Assembly: GCA_951406725.2 (NCBI GenBank)
Contig: OX597838.1
Location: forward strand, 10,974,001 to 11,038,000
Source: Octopus vulgaris
Lineage: Eukaryota
Reading direction: 5' to 3'
DNA length: 64,000 nucleotides
The notes beneath the pieces are model-generated. The model searched no databases and was not told where the DNA came from. It saw only the letters and a program-made list of their open reading frames with translations. Each line of letters starts with the position of its first letter. Position 1 is the first letter of the stretch. Of the stretch, positions 12,547-24,600 are shown piece after piece. The position numbers and the translations under genes are program-made.

Positions 12547-12691
12547 TATTCAAAATATTCAACGTAAACACGAAGTTTCTACCTTTATAAACAAGGAGTT
12601 ACAACACCTTTACTTGTGAGATTTTTGCTGCCCTGGTAACTATTTATTTATTTTTTCAGTGTTAATTGTTAACGAGGTAAAAATACACTCA

Positions 12692-12721
<30 letters not shown>

Positions 12722-12728
<7 letters not shown>

Positions 12729-12973
12729 TAAAAAACACCATCCGAGCATGGCCGTTCGCCAGCCTCGTCTGGCACCTGTGTCGGTGGCACATAAAAAGCA
12801 CCCACTACACTCACAGAGTGGTTGGCGTTAGGAAGGGCATCCAGCTGTAGAAACACCACCAGATCTGACTGGCCTGGTGCAGCCTTCGGGCTTCCCAGAC
12901 CCCAGTTGAACCGTCCAACCCATGCTAGCATGGAAAGCGAACGTTAAATGATGATGATGATGATGATGATGAT
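12722..12973 (+). mobile_element. Family C retroelement
   Basis: Internal units plus RTE-like tail and (GAT)n. Confidence 0.85.
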
Positions 12974-13137
12974 ATACGTGTATATTTAGGGCTAAAAACC
13001 ACTATGTGGACAGCCATATGCTAGAAGATAACATATGATCTAACTACAAAGAAAGAATGTTCTCCAAATTGTATGATCTTTTTCTAGCATATGGCTGTCC
13101 ACATAGTTGTTTTTTATCCCTAAATAAACACATGTAT
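12974..13137. repeat. Inverted repeat, ~55-bp arms, ~55-nt spacer
   Basis: tatttagggctaaaaaccactatgtggacagccatatgctagaa vs ttctagcatatggctgtccacatagttgttttttatccctaaata. Confidence 0.9.
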
Positions 13138-13322
13138 TGAAATTTTCTCTGATTTTTCAGATTTTTTATATGCTAGGCAACTGGTTTTAAATTGATATTA
13201 ATTAAATTAATATTCAATTTATCTCACTCATTATTTAAATGTATATATATATATATGGCGGTGCCCCAGCATGGCCACAGCTTGTGAGCTGAAACTAGAT
13301 GAAATAAAAAAAAAAAAAAAAT

Positions 13323-13510
13323 ATGTACCGTTGGCGATTTTTTTTCCCTCTGTCTTCCCTTCCATGGATCTTTCCTTCTCCTATGTTTCCGATGAAGAGC
13401 TCCGCTCGAAACGTTAAACCCTCCTTCTTTCCTTCTTTCCTGTGCGTCCAATAATACTACATTTGTTACACGTTCTCGCGTTGTGTTTTTTTGTGCTTCC
13501 ATGTTTGGAT

Positions 13511-13515
<5 letters not shown>
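13323..13515 (+). mobile_element. Short Penelope-derived/retrozyme-like element with hammerhead motif (13385-13419, U4>C)
   Basis: GTTT-CCGATGA-A-GAGC(TCC)GCTC-GAAA-CGTT-AAAC; homologous to 52483-52676; ends in (TA)n. Confidence 0.65.
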
Positions 13516-13560
<45 letters not shown>

Positions 13561-13685
13561 TAAATTAGAGACAAAACCACTATTAGGCAAATCAAACAAT
13601 GAAAAACTTAAGCCAATACATAAGATTATTTAATTTATATTATTTAGATATATAACAAAATTATTAAAAGAATATAATTAATATC

Positions 13686-13751
13686 ACACTACGATCGTTT
13701 CATGGCTGTTAATTTCTTCAAATTTTTGAGTCACAGTCATTCATCAGGTGT
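13686..13751 (-). ncRNA. Minimal type-I hammerhead ribozyme, intact core, inside an AT-rich element (~13556-13822) flanked by (TA)n
   Basis: Minus strand reads ACAC-CUGAUGA-AUGACUGU(23 nt)ACAGCCAU-GAAA-CGAUCG-UA-GUGU: helix I 4 bp, helix II 7/8 bp, palindromic helix III ACGAUCGU. Confidence 0.75.
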
Positions 13752-14078
13752 TTTAAATATTTATCTTGGCGAGGTTTAAACAATTTTTCCCTGTAAGTTT
13801 GGATTTATTCCCTAATATTTATTATATATATATACATATATATCCATTAGTTTAAAATGTAGAGCAATCTTCAGCTGCATAAAAATATAGGTATTGGTTG
13901 ACCTGGGGCTATAGTAGACACTTGTCCAAGGTGCCATGCAGTGGGACTGAACCTGAAACCACATGGTTGCAGAGTGAGCTTCTTAACCACACAGCCATGC
14001 CCGTGCTTATGTATTCGTTTTAATTTACCTTCTTTCTGTTTTTTTAGTGAAAGCTTGCTGTGTGTGTGTGTGTGTATG

Positions 14079-14116
<38 letters not shown>

Positions 14117-14562
14117 CGTGCGTGTGTATGCGTGCGTGTGCACGTTGGGGGTGATACCGAAGAATAAACTACTGGAATGCTATCTGAAAATATTGATTAT
14201 TATCAAATAGTCTTAAAGTTTATTGAGAGAGAAGACTGAAGAATAAAAAATAAATGAATTATGAAAAAAATATCTAAAAAAAAAATAAAAAAGTAAAAAT
14301 AAATAAAAGTAAAAAATAAAATAGAAAAAATAAATATAAAAAATAAAAAACCAAAGATAAAAACCCCAAAAAAAGGGGAAGAATAAAACTAAAACTATCA
14401 TCCACACATCTCATAAAACAGAACATGGATCATATTACAACTGCACTGTAGAAAGCATCCGGAAAATGCTTTAATGTGCCGCCACCACCACCACCACTAC
14501 TACACAGCTTTTATCTCCCTCCACCACCATCTCTCCCATCTTCATTCTCTTACACACACACA

Positions 14563-14599
<37 letters not shown>

Positions 14600-15284
14600 C
14601 ATACATGTAGTGTCCCTTTTCCCTTTTCTTTTTTTTCGTTGATGGTTGATAATAAAAATGATTTTTAGTTATCTTCTCTGTTTAATGTCATTATCTTCCC
14701 CCCCACCACCACCACCAGCACCATCACAAAATATAGGCCACCCCACAGGCCCGACAACTTCCCCAACATTTGTCACCCTTTACCAGATATTTAAAACAAG
14801 CAAACAAACAAACACCACCACCACCATCAACAACGACAACAACCATCCTTTCTACTATAGACACAAGGCCTGAAATTTTCGGGAGAATGAGATAATCGAT
14901 TATGTTGACCCCCCCCCCAGTACTTCGCTGGTGCTTATTTTATCGACCCCTGAAAGAAAGAAAGGCAAAGTTGACCTCGGCGGAATTTGAACTCAGAATG
15001 TGTGTGCATGCGTGTGTGTGTTTCTGACTTGGTATTGCGTAACAGTTGTAGATAAGCATCGCTATGAAGCTAGTGACGATGTTCATTTGCAGTTTTCTAC
15101 AAAAACATGTCTGGCCATGAGGAGGCATTATTTTTGCTTGGGAATAGAGGAGGTTTTACGACAGAAAAGGTGTCTAACCATAAAAAAACAAAAAAACAAA
15201 GAAACCCCTACCAGTTTACTTCAATGAATTCCATCTGATGTACGAGGACAGAGGTCATTAGAACCATCTTACATGATAGTCTTT

Positions 15285-15622
15285 TATTCTTTTACTTCTT
15301 CCAGTCCTTAGACTGTGGCCAGAATTTTAGTCAGAATGAATTGACCTCACTACTTTTTAAAAAAAACTTTCAACTTATTTTATCAGTCTCTTTTGCTGAA
15401 CAGCTAGGTTATAGGGACACAAACATACACACATGCATACACACAAACACATTTATATACAACAGGCTTCTTTCAGTTTCCATCTACCAAATCCACTCAC
15501 AGGGTTTTGGTCAGCCCAAGGCTATAGTAGAAGACACTTGCCCAAGGTGCCATGCTGTGGGACTGAACCCAGAACCATGAGGTTGGGAAGCAAGCTCCTT
15601 ACCACACAGCCACTCCTACACC
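15285..15622 (-). mobile_element. SINE family A, degenerate
   Basis: ctaccaaatccactcac...gaagacacttgcccaaggtgcc...accacacagccactcct. Confidence 0.8.
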
Positions 15623-15737
15623 TATATATATATATATATATATATATATGCATACTGTGGTTTGGGATTCTATTTCACTGCTTGGGTTGGACTGACCAAT
15701 AGGAAATTTAGTTGACTGAAACTCTGTGTGTGTATGG

Positions 15738-15779
<42 letters not shown>

Positions 15780-16888
15780 CCATGTATCCTTCTACTGACA
15801 CCGTTTAAGCAAAAACATCAACCAAGAGTGTTTTGCTTTCTGGATGCTCCAAAGAATAGTGACCAAAAAATTTCTTTTATGTGGGCTGCTGATATATATT
15901 GCTTTCAAATTTTGGCACAAGGCCAGAAATTTCAGGGGCCAACAATTTCAATGTAAGTCAATTCCATTGACCCCAGCGCTCAAATGGTACTTCTTTTATC
16001 GAACCTGAAAGGATGAAAGACAAAGTTGACCATAATGGAATTTCAACTTGGAACACAAAGACAGATGAAATGCTGCAAAGCCTTTTTGCCCAGTGTGCTA
16101 ATGATTCTACCAGCTTGCTGCCTAAGAGGCTGAAAATATTCTAGGAGCTAAGAAATGTCAGGTTTTCATCACAGAATGGGGGCAAGTTTTACCACAACCA
16201 ACATCAGTGAATGGACTGGAAAACTCAAATTCCCCCTAAAATGTCACGGTGTCACATGTTGAATCATCTGGAGGTCTGACATCCTGTGTTGGTGACAACA
16301 TTGAAACGAGTTAACAGTATGGTTCTGTGAAAACAGACAACCGATTACTGATTAAATGGGAAATAATATGCAAATTAATCATGGTTCTGTTGATAAAATC
16401 ATTCATGCAGGAGTTGGCTTTAATCAAATTTATTCAAAGATGGAACTCAACAAAACACACAGAACAGCATAAAGAAAATTATTATTTTGACTACTGGCTC
16501 ACAAATCCATGCCAGCATGGAGAATGGTCATTAAAAGAGGATGTTTCAGTCATTGTACTGTGGTCATGCTGGGGCATTTGCCATGAAGCGTTAAGTAGAA
16601 CAAACTGGCTCCATTACTTATTTTGAAGTCTGGGACTGATTCTATTAACCAAACCGCTAAGTTACAGGGATGTAAACTAACCAACACCATTTAAGAGATC
16701 GTGGTGGTGGTGGTGGACAAACACAGAGACACACATATGCCTACACACATGCAGACATACATATATACATATAGACACATATATTCATACACACATACAC
16801 AATATATATATATACACAGACACACTCACATATACACACACATAGACACACACACAAACACACTAATACATATATATATATATATATA

Positions 16889-17195
16889 TCTCTCTAGATA
16901 TAAACGGCAGTTTGTCTGTGTGTGTTTCTGTGTGTCTGTTAGGTTGTACCCTCACCCTGACCACGGCTTTCAACCGATTCTGATGAAACTTGACACACAC
17001 ACATAGCCCAATGTCATAATTCAAAACTAACGCAGCGAAAATTTTGAAAAGTTCCCCAGTTCTGAAAAATCGATAATAATCGACATGGGGTCGAGAATCA
17101 GAAACACTAACCACAGACTGTGGAATACGCAACTCGACCTTTTAACTATTAAATTTAGTATCTATTCTTCACCATTTTTTGCTAATTAATTTTAT
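16889..17195 (+). mobile_element. Non-autonomous Helitron-like element, 5' part
   Basis: TC...TATAAA start, GT-rich microsatellite, then ccacggctttcaaccgattctgatgaaacttg, the layout typical of Lep1/DINE-1-like non-autonomous Helitrons; 3' CTAG hairpin not seen. Confidence 0.5.
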
Positions 17196-17198
17196 AGT

Positions 17199-17236
<38 letters not shown>

Positions 17237-17420
17237 GAGCAGGCTTTTTTCAGTTTCAGTCTACCAAATCGACTCACAAGACTTTGGTTGACCTTAGCCT
17301 ATAGAAGACACTTGCCGAAGGTGCTGCGAAGTTAGACAAACCCCAAAAGCCATGTGGTTTAATAAGCCAACTTCTTACCACAGCCAATCCTAAAAACAAG
17401 CAATACTATCATTTTAAATC

Positions 17421-17680
17421 ATGAAGGCATGTGATGTAGTGGTTACAGTATTCAACCATGAGTTCAATTCCCTGTGAAGTGTTGTGTCCTTGAGCAAGAC
17501 ACTTCATTTCACATTGCTCCACTCCACTCAGCTGGCAACAATGAGTCGTACCTGTACTCGAAAGGGCCAACCTTGACACACTGTGTCATGCTGAATCTCT
17601 CTGAGAACTACATTAAGGGCACATGGGTCTGTGGAGTGCTCAGTCACATACACATTAATTTTACGAGCAGGCTGTGTTCT
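17421..17680 (+). mobile_element. SINE with CORE-like head and family E tail
   Basis: gtgtccttgagcaagacactt (CORE-like), then gagaactacattaaggg...cgagcaggctgt as in 21904-22270. Confidence 0.7.
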
Positions 17681-18195
17681 TCTGGTTATAAACCATGGAT
17701 ACATTACAAACCAGAGAGTAAATGCTAGAACATGGAGAGGGAACATCCACAAGTGTCCATCATGGGAAAGTTAATAATTCAACAAGTAGCAGGGAAAGTG
17801 GTGCTGAGAAGGTTTTAGCTGAAGAAATTGACCCCAGAACTAATTCTTTGTAAGCTTAGTATTTTTTCTATCAGTATCTTTTGCCGAACCACTAAGTTAC
17901 AGAGATGTAAGCATGCCAACATCGGTTGTCAAGTAATGGTGGAGGAACAAACACAGACACAAAGACATACACACACAAATATATATATATATATATACAT
18001 ATATATACGGTGGCACGTAAAAAACACCATCCGAGCATGGCCGTTCGCCAGCCTCGTCTGGCACCTGTCTTCGGGCTTCCCAGACCCCAATTGAAACGTC
18101 CAACCCATGCTAGCATGGAAAGCGGACATTAAACGATGATGATGATGATGATGATGATATATATATATATATATATATACATACATACATACATA

Positions 18196-18235
<40 letters not shown>

Positions 18236-19214
18236 GGGCATCTTTCAGTTTCCATCTACTAGATCCTGTCACGAAGCTTTGGTTAGCTCAACCCTATAGT
18301 AGAAGACACTTGCCCAAGGTGCCATGCAGTCGGACCGAACCTGGATCCATGTGGTTGGGAAGCAAGCTTCTTACCACACAGCTATAAAAAAAAAAATTGA
18401 TATGTTTGTACTTTTAAAATCTTTATACATCATTATCATTTAATGTCTGTTTTCCATGCAGGCTCCAACTGTTTCTATGGCTGGATGCCCTTCCTAATGC
18501 CAACCAATTTTACAAAGTGTACTGGGCACTTTTCATGTGGTACTGGCATGGGTGCTTTTACATGGCACCAGAACCAGTGCTTTGTACGTGGCACCAGCAC
18601 GAGTGCTTAGTACGCCTCCCTGACACCAGTACTGCTCATGTTGCACCAGCACAAGTGCCTTTTGTTTGGCACTGGTGCAATGGTATGTACTTTTTATGTG
18701 GCACCAGCAGGCACACTTTCCCCATGGCACCAACACAAGTGCTTTTTACATGGCACCAGCAATTGTGGTTGCAATAATTTTTTTTTTTAAGAGCAATACC
18801 AGAAAAAGAAAGGAAAAGAAACAAAAAAGAAAATGGATAACTGAATGTGAAATTTCTTGGGGGTAGGGTCGGCAAACAGAAACTGGAACAGCCATGGTTG
18901 ATGTGATAACAGCAACTTAATTGACATTTCAAGCACAAACCTGCATCACAGTGACCAAGAGGTAACAATGCCTAGTGATGCATACACAACTACTTTTCCC
19001 CACCAATGGAGAGAATAATATATGTACATTGCAAATAATTAATGACTTTTGCGAGCAAGTGTATATCGGCACTCCATCAGTTACAACAACGAGGGTTAAG
19101 GTTGCCAGGAATCAAACTCATGACCTTGCAGTTGTGAGTCAAATACCCTAACCACTAAGCCATATGCCTTCACTCGAGTGTGTATATATATATATATATA
19201 TAGGGCGACATGCA

Positions 19215-19745
19215 ATGCTTGAGGAGACCTATTGAGTCAAGTACATCAACATCAAAACCAAATAGAAATTGTATTTGTGGTCCCTGTACCGGTGGCATGT
19301 AAAAAGCACCATGCAAAAATGGTTGATCCCAGCCCCATTGCCCTGACTAGCTCCTGTGCTGGTGGCATGTAAAAATCACTATCCTAACGTGGTCGATGCC
19401 AGCCCCCTTGCCCCGACTGGCTTTCGTGCTGGTGGCACGTAAAAAGCACCATCCGAATGTGGCTGATGCCAGCGCTGTCTTGACTGGCTCCCGTGCTGGT
19501 GGCATGTAATAAGCATCATCCAATCATGGTCGATGCCAGACCCATCTGGCCTCTGTGCCAGTGGCACGTAAAAAGCACCCACTACACTCTTGGAGTGGTT
19601 GGTATTAGTAAGGGTATCCATTTGTAGAAACACTGCCAGATCAGGCTGGAGCCTGGTGCAGCCTCCTGGCTTCCCAGACCCCAGTTGAACCATCCAACCC
19701 ATGCCAGCATGGAAATCGGACGTACGATGAGGATGATGATGATGA
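19215..19745 (+). mobile_element. Family C retroelement, 5 internal tandem units
   Basis: Units at ~19284, 19354, 19425, 19492, 19554; shares leader cttgaggagacct.ttgagtcaagtac with the copy at 985. Confidence 0.85.
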
Positions 19746-21903
19746 ATGTATTTAGACAACGGGGAAGAGCTAGATATGTTCAGTATTGGAAACACACAAT
19801 AGTGATCAACTGAATTTGAACTGAAATTTTAAATTCTTGGGGCTTGCCCTAGATGAAGAATTCAGAGTTGAACACTTTAGCATTTGGATTACTCATATGA
19901 TGTCAAGACAAAGACACGATCATAGTGGTTAATAAAGTATCTTGTGAATTCCGTTTTCTTTCTTTTTCTCTCATATCTTATAAACTCTACAGACACGAAG
20001 AAATTCCTGAAGTAAATCCAGTGGATATGCTTTATGACATCAGATAGCCAAATACATTGAGTGAGCTTTACACAGCATACTGCAAGGTGTATACCCAAAT
20101 TTAAAATTATTACTTAAATATAAATTTGTATATATATACACACACACACACACACACATCATCATCATCATCATCATTTAGTGCCCACTTTCCATCATAG
20201 CCTCTTTTTAACCATGTACCAATGTACTCAGAGATACTCTGTTCAAACAAACATCTACGTCAATAACATAAAATTAAATCTAATGCATCTCTAAAATGTT
20301 AAGGAACATTTTTAGGGATCAATAAATTCTGTAGGCCCTTAGGCAAAAAACCTGATGTGTTTCATAATACCTCCTTGCCTATTGTACTTTTATTCTATCA
20401 GGTTTATATAAATATTTGAAAGTTCTAAATCAAACATTTCTATTTATGCTATCATGTGTGAACAGGGACCAATATAAAATAAGAATTACTGGAAAAAATA
20501 TTTACAGTTAAAAACAACAGTTTTTACCTAACATCACATGATAAAGCATAAATATCTAAAGCTTACACTGTTGCTGAAATTTAATTCTGATCACACAATA
20601 TCAACAAGATGCTTACAAATGCAGTTTTATGGAACATTTAAATTGATTTTTAAATTCTTGTCTTCAAGAGCAAAAAAAATAAAATAAATAAATAAATAAA
20701 AAGATAAATTTTAAAACAAAAAGAAAACAAGTAAAAAAAACAACCCAACCTACATATTGAATTCTGGAAAAGGTCATAAATTCTAAAATCTTTGCAGCAG
20801 AAAACTATTTCAATAAATTTTTGTTTTATTTTATATCTGCTATTCGACATTCAATTTTTTTTTTTTTATCCCCACCAAGTTAGTCTGAATGGCAGAAATT
20901 TTCTGTTGGAGCAATTGTTTCTAAATCTAGATCTTTGCTCATTCCTGCTGTTAACCATTCACCTATGAAGCAGAAATAGAACCTGTTGTCAGCCAGGTAA
21001 AGTGAAACAAAAATGATATTAATGCTTTTACCCAGGGCAAAAAACTATTGTGGTTCTGGTGCTTGATTCCACTGCACAGCATCTTGGTCAAGCATCTTAT
21101 GATGACACAGGCTGGAATCAGCAGACCCAAGCCTTGTGAATGAAAGTGAGTTGATAGAAACTGTGCCGAAGCCTACCAAAATAACTCTACTTGTTCTTAG
21201 GTGAAGGAATTAATCTTTATCCTGATTTAACACGTCTATTCAACCCCTGGGTATCCACTCTTGCAGTAAACTGGATAAAAAAAAAAAAGGAACTTTTTTC
21301 ATACAGTCCTTTAGAATATTTACTCTGCACCATGTTGCTAGCACTCCCTTCTTATCCTAGCCATCAGAAATCTGACAGTCTTTGGATCAAGCTTGAATCA
21401 CGAGTTGTGATTACTTGCCCCTTTAACTCACATCAAACTTGGATGGAGATTAAAGGAGGGGGGGGGCTGCCCTTCCTGCTTTGAGTAAACTACAGAAAAA
21501 GTAAGGTTTGAACTCCTGACTAGACTGGCAATAGTTCAGTACCTTAACTCTCATATCTATTGAATAATAACCACACAACCAATGTAGAATAAAAGAAGAA
21601 ATGGTAAAGAACAAACAGCAAAACCTATGGGAAGAACCGTTCCCATTTTCCGCCTCTTATCCTATACATCATTTTGCCTATTCTTTTTGTAACTATTCTG
21701 TCTTCCCAACCGTGTCTTCCATTTTTATATATTTTGAAAAACACCGTCTCACTGATATTAAAAAACATTTTTTTTTGTATTTTCAGTGTTTTCCCATTTT
21801 GTTTTTCTTACTGGTAGCAGCTTGTCAAAAATTGATTTTATTTTTCGAGCAAACATTAGGCGAAAAAGTGTTTGGGTTTGGTGTTATCCTATAAACCCTC
21901 AAG

Positions 21904-22270
21904 TGGAGGCGCAATGGCCCGGTGGTTAGGGCAGCGGACTCGCGGTCGTAGGATCGCAGTTTCGATTCCCAGACCGGGCGTTGTGAGTGTTTATTGAGTG
22001 AAAACACTTAAAGCTCCACGAGGCTCCGGCAGGGGATGGTGGTGATCCCTGCTGTACTCTATCACCACAACTTTCTCTCTTACTTCCTGTTTCTGTTGTA
22101 CCTGTATTTCAAAGGGCCGGCCTTGTCACGCTGAATATCCCCGAGAACTACGTTAAGGGTACACGTGTCTGTGGAGTGCTGAACCACTTACACGTTAATT
22201 TCACGAGCAGGCTGTTCCGTTGATTGGATCAACCGGAACCCTCGTCGTCGTAACCGAGGGAGTACTTCCA
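21904..22270 (+). mobile_element. tRNA-derived SINE family E, full length with 13-bp TSD
   Basis: Head tggcccggtggttagggcagcggactcgcggtcgtaggatcgcagtttcgattccc; TSD ataaaccctcaag at 21891-21903 and 22270-22282. Confidence 0.9.
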
Positions 22271-22284
22271 TAAACCCTCAAGAA

Positions 22285-23040
22285 TTACATCAATGCTGCG
22301 TCCTCGACCAGCACGTTTCTTGATTTCTTTAATGCTCTTTTAAATGTATCCACAGACCTTTCTGCTTGCCCGTTAGATCTTGGGTGATATAAAATAGTAA
22401 TATGTTCAATTGAGTACATCTTGCAAAAATTCTTAAATTCATTCGCCATGAATTGTGTACCATTATCGGAGACTATGGTATCCGGGACACGATGCCTAGC
22501 AAAAAGTTTGTGTAGAAATATGACCGTTACTGTGGATGTAGGTTTGCTACATTTACACATTTCTGGCCATAGAAAGGGCATCCAGCTGTAGAAACACTGC
22601 CAGATCTGACTGGGCCTGGTGCAGCCATCGGGCTTCTCAGACCCCAGTTGAACCGTCCAACCCATGCTAGCATGGAAAGCGGACGTTAAACGATGATGAT
22701 GATGATGATGATCTATCACTATTAGATAATATGATCGGTTTAATGGTCCTGCAAAGTCTATGTGTATTCTAGACCATGGAATATTGGTTTGGGGCCAAGG
22801 CTGAAATTTTATAGGTGGTGACTTTGCTGCAAGAGCAGGATTTTACCAACTTCTCAATATCTAGATCCATTTTTGGCCAGTAAACATAACTCCTAATAAG
22901 TGACTTCATTCTAGAAATTCCTGGATGACCTGTGTGGAATTCCTTTAGCATTCGACCTTGTAGTAAGGTAGGCATTATAACCCCCTATGCATACATAAGC
23001 ACTTTATCACATATCGAATACAAATTCAAAACCGTGTTAC
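22285..23040 (-). mobile_element. Gypsy (Mag/K02A2.6-like) LTR retrotransposon integrase relic, frameshifted and interrupted
   Basis: Zn domain LKEFHTGHPGISRMKSLIRSYVYWPKMDLDIEKLVKSC; core PWSRIHIDFAGP...VSDNGTQF...YHPRSNGQAER (D,D,E); family C fragment inserted at 22569-22711. Confidence 0.9.
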
Positions 23041-23159
23041 GTCCAGCCACATGTATTTTTTTCATTTGTTTCTTCTGATCTCATTAAGTAGCGGAGGTTT
23101 AGTCAATGTATTCACACGATGTACTTCATGAGACTACCAAAACACTTTCTCCGACTACT

Positions 23160-23388
23160 ACCTATTTCTTTATTACCCACAAGGGGCTAAACACAGAGGG
23201 GACAAACAAAGACAGACATAGGTATTAAGTCGATTACATCGACCCCAGTGCGTAACTGGTACTTAATTTATCGACCCCGAAAGGATGAAAGGCAAAGTCG
23301 ACCTCAGCGAAATTTGAACTCAGAACGTAGTGGCAGACGAAATACCGCTAGGCATTTCACCCGGCGTGCTAACGGTTCTGCCAGCTCG
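23160..23388 (-). mobile_element. SINE family B monomer with TSD
   Basis: Complete body; flanking repeat cgactactacc at 23152 and 23387. Confidence 0.85.
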
Positions 23389-24027
23389 ACTACTACCGAC
23401 CACTACTCTTTATAAGAGTTCGGCTAGTCCATTCTTCCAATCCACCAGGGGTGTCAATGACTCTTGCCACAACAGTTTTATTTGTAGAAAAACAGTTGTT
23501 TTGAATTGGATGCAGAAAGTGGTGGTCAGTAGGGTGGGGTGGGGGGCTAGGAATGTAGCCTGGGTGCCAAGGGGGTAGCAGCCTAAAAAAACTTTGGGAA
23601 CCACTGCAATAAACAAACATGGTGGAGTAACAGAAATGGTAGAGCACTGTAACAAAGTATTATATGATTTTGGTCTTCTTCATTTTAAATTCAAATTCCA
23701 ATGGAGTTGACTTAATCAGTTATCTTCCCCAAGGTCAATAAAATAAGTACCAGTTATGTATTGAAGAGACAAGTGAAGCATGAAATTATAAAGGGCAAGT
23801 ACAATGGGCTTGGAGGCATTCATGTCTATTTACAGTTAATTGCTTTGGATTTGAGAGAAAATGGTGGCTAATTGAAAACATCGAAAGAGCATAGCCTATT
23901 TAACATGTAAGGGAAGACTCTAACCAAGTCAATACAAGATTGCATAGCATGTCCAAAAGTCATCAAATACAACAGTCTTAAATGTATTTACAGCATACAA
24001 AAAAAAAATTGCTTCACTTTATATAGT

Positions 24028-24204
24028 GGAGTGGCTGTGTGGTAAGTAGCTTGTTTACCAACCACATGGTTCCGGGTTCAGTCTCACTGCGTGGCACCTT
24101 GGGCAAGTGTCTTCTACTATAGCCACAGGCCGACCAAAGCCTTGTGAGTGGATTTGGTAGACGGAAACTGAAAGAAGTCCGTTGTATATATGTATATATA
24201 TATA

Positions 24205-24246
<42 letters not shown>

Positions 24247-24447
24247 TGTTTGTCCCCCTAGCATTGCTTGACAACCGATGCTGGTGTGTTTATGTCCCCG
24301 TTACCTAGCGGTTTGGCAAAAGAGACCGACAGAATAAGTACTGGTCTTACGAAAGAATAAGTGCCGGGGTCGATTTGCTCGACTAAAAGGCGGTGCTCCA
24401 GCATGGCCGCAGTCAAATGACTGAAACAAGTAAAAGAGTAAAGAGTA
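24028..24447 (+). mobile_element. SINE family A, full length
   Basis: Matches 9991-10394. Confidence 0.9.
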
Positions 24448-24460
24448 TATATTTCCTATT

Positions 24461-24600
24461 TATGAGTAGAGGCGGAAAAGTTTGTAAGCTGACTATGAAG
24501 GAGCAATGCTAAAGCCGTGACATCTTGCATTCATTAATTCCAATGCTTCTTATTAAATAACAGCATTGTTTCTTTCCAGATAAATTTACATCTGACTGAT
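24461..24600 (+). mobile_element. Probable mariner 5' end fragment
   Basis: TA-start degenerate TIR tatgagtagaggcggaaaagtttgtaagctgac resembling mariner TACGAGGG...TGAAAAGT ends; no transposase seen. Confidence 0.4.

Noticed and set aside
19284-19590. CRISPR-like appearance of the ~25-nt repeat with ~40-nt intervening sequence in family C
   Set aside because: The intervening sequences are homologous to each other, the array is inside a dispersed retroelement, and the context is eukaryotic with no cas genes.
20974-20996. Possible microexon EIEPVVSQ before GTAAAG
   Set aside because: Poor pyrimidine tract, longer versions have stops in all frames, and the phase does not fit 27148.
21904-21980. 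tRNA gene calls for SINE heads (families A, B, E, CORE-like)
   Set aside because: No closed acceptor stem; each continues into a repeated SINE body and tail, often with a TSD.
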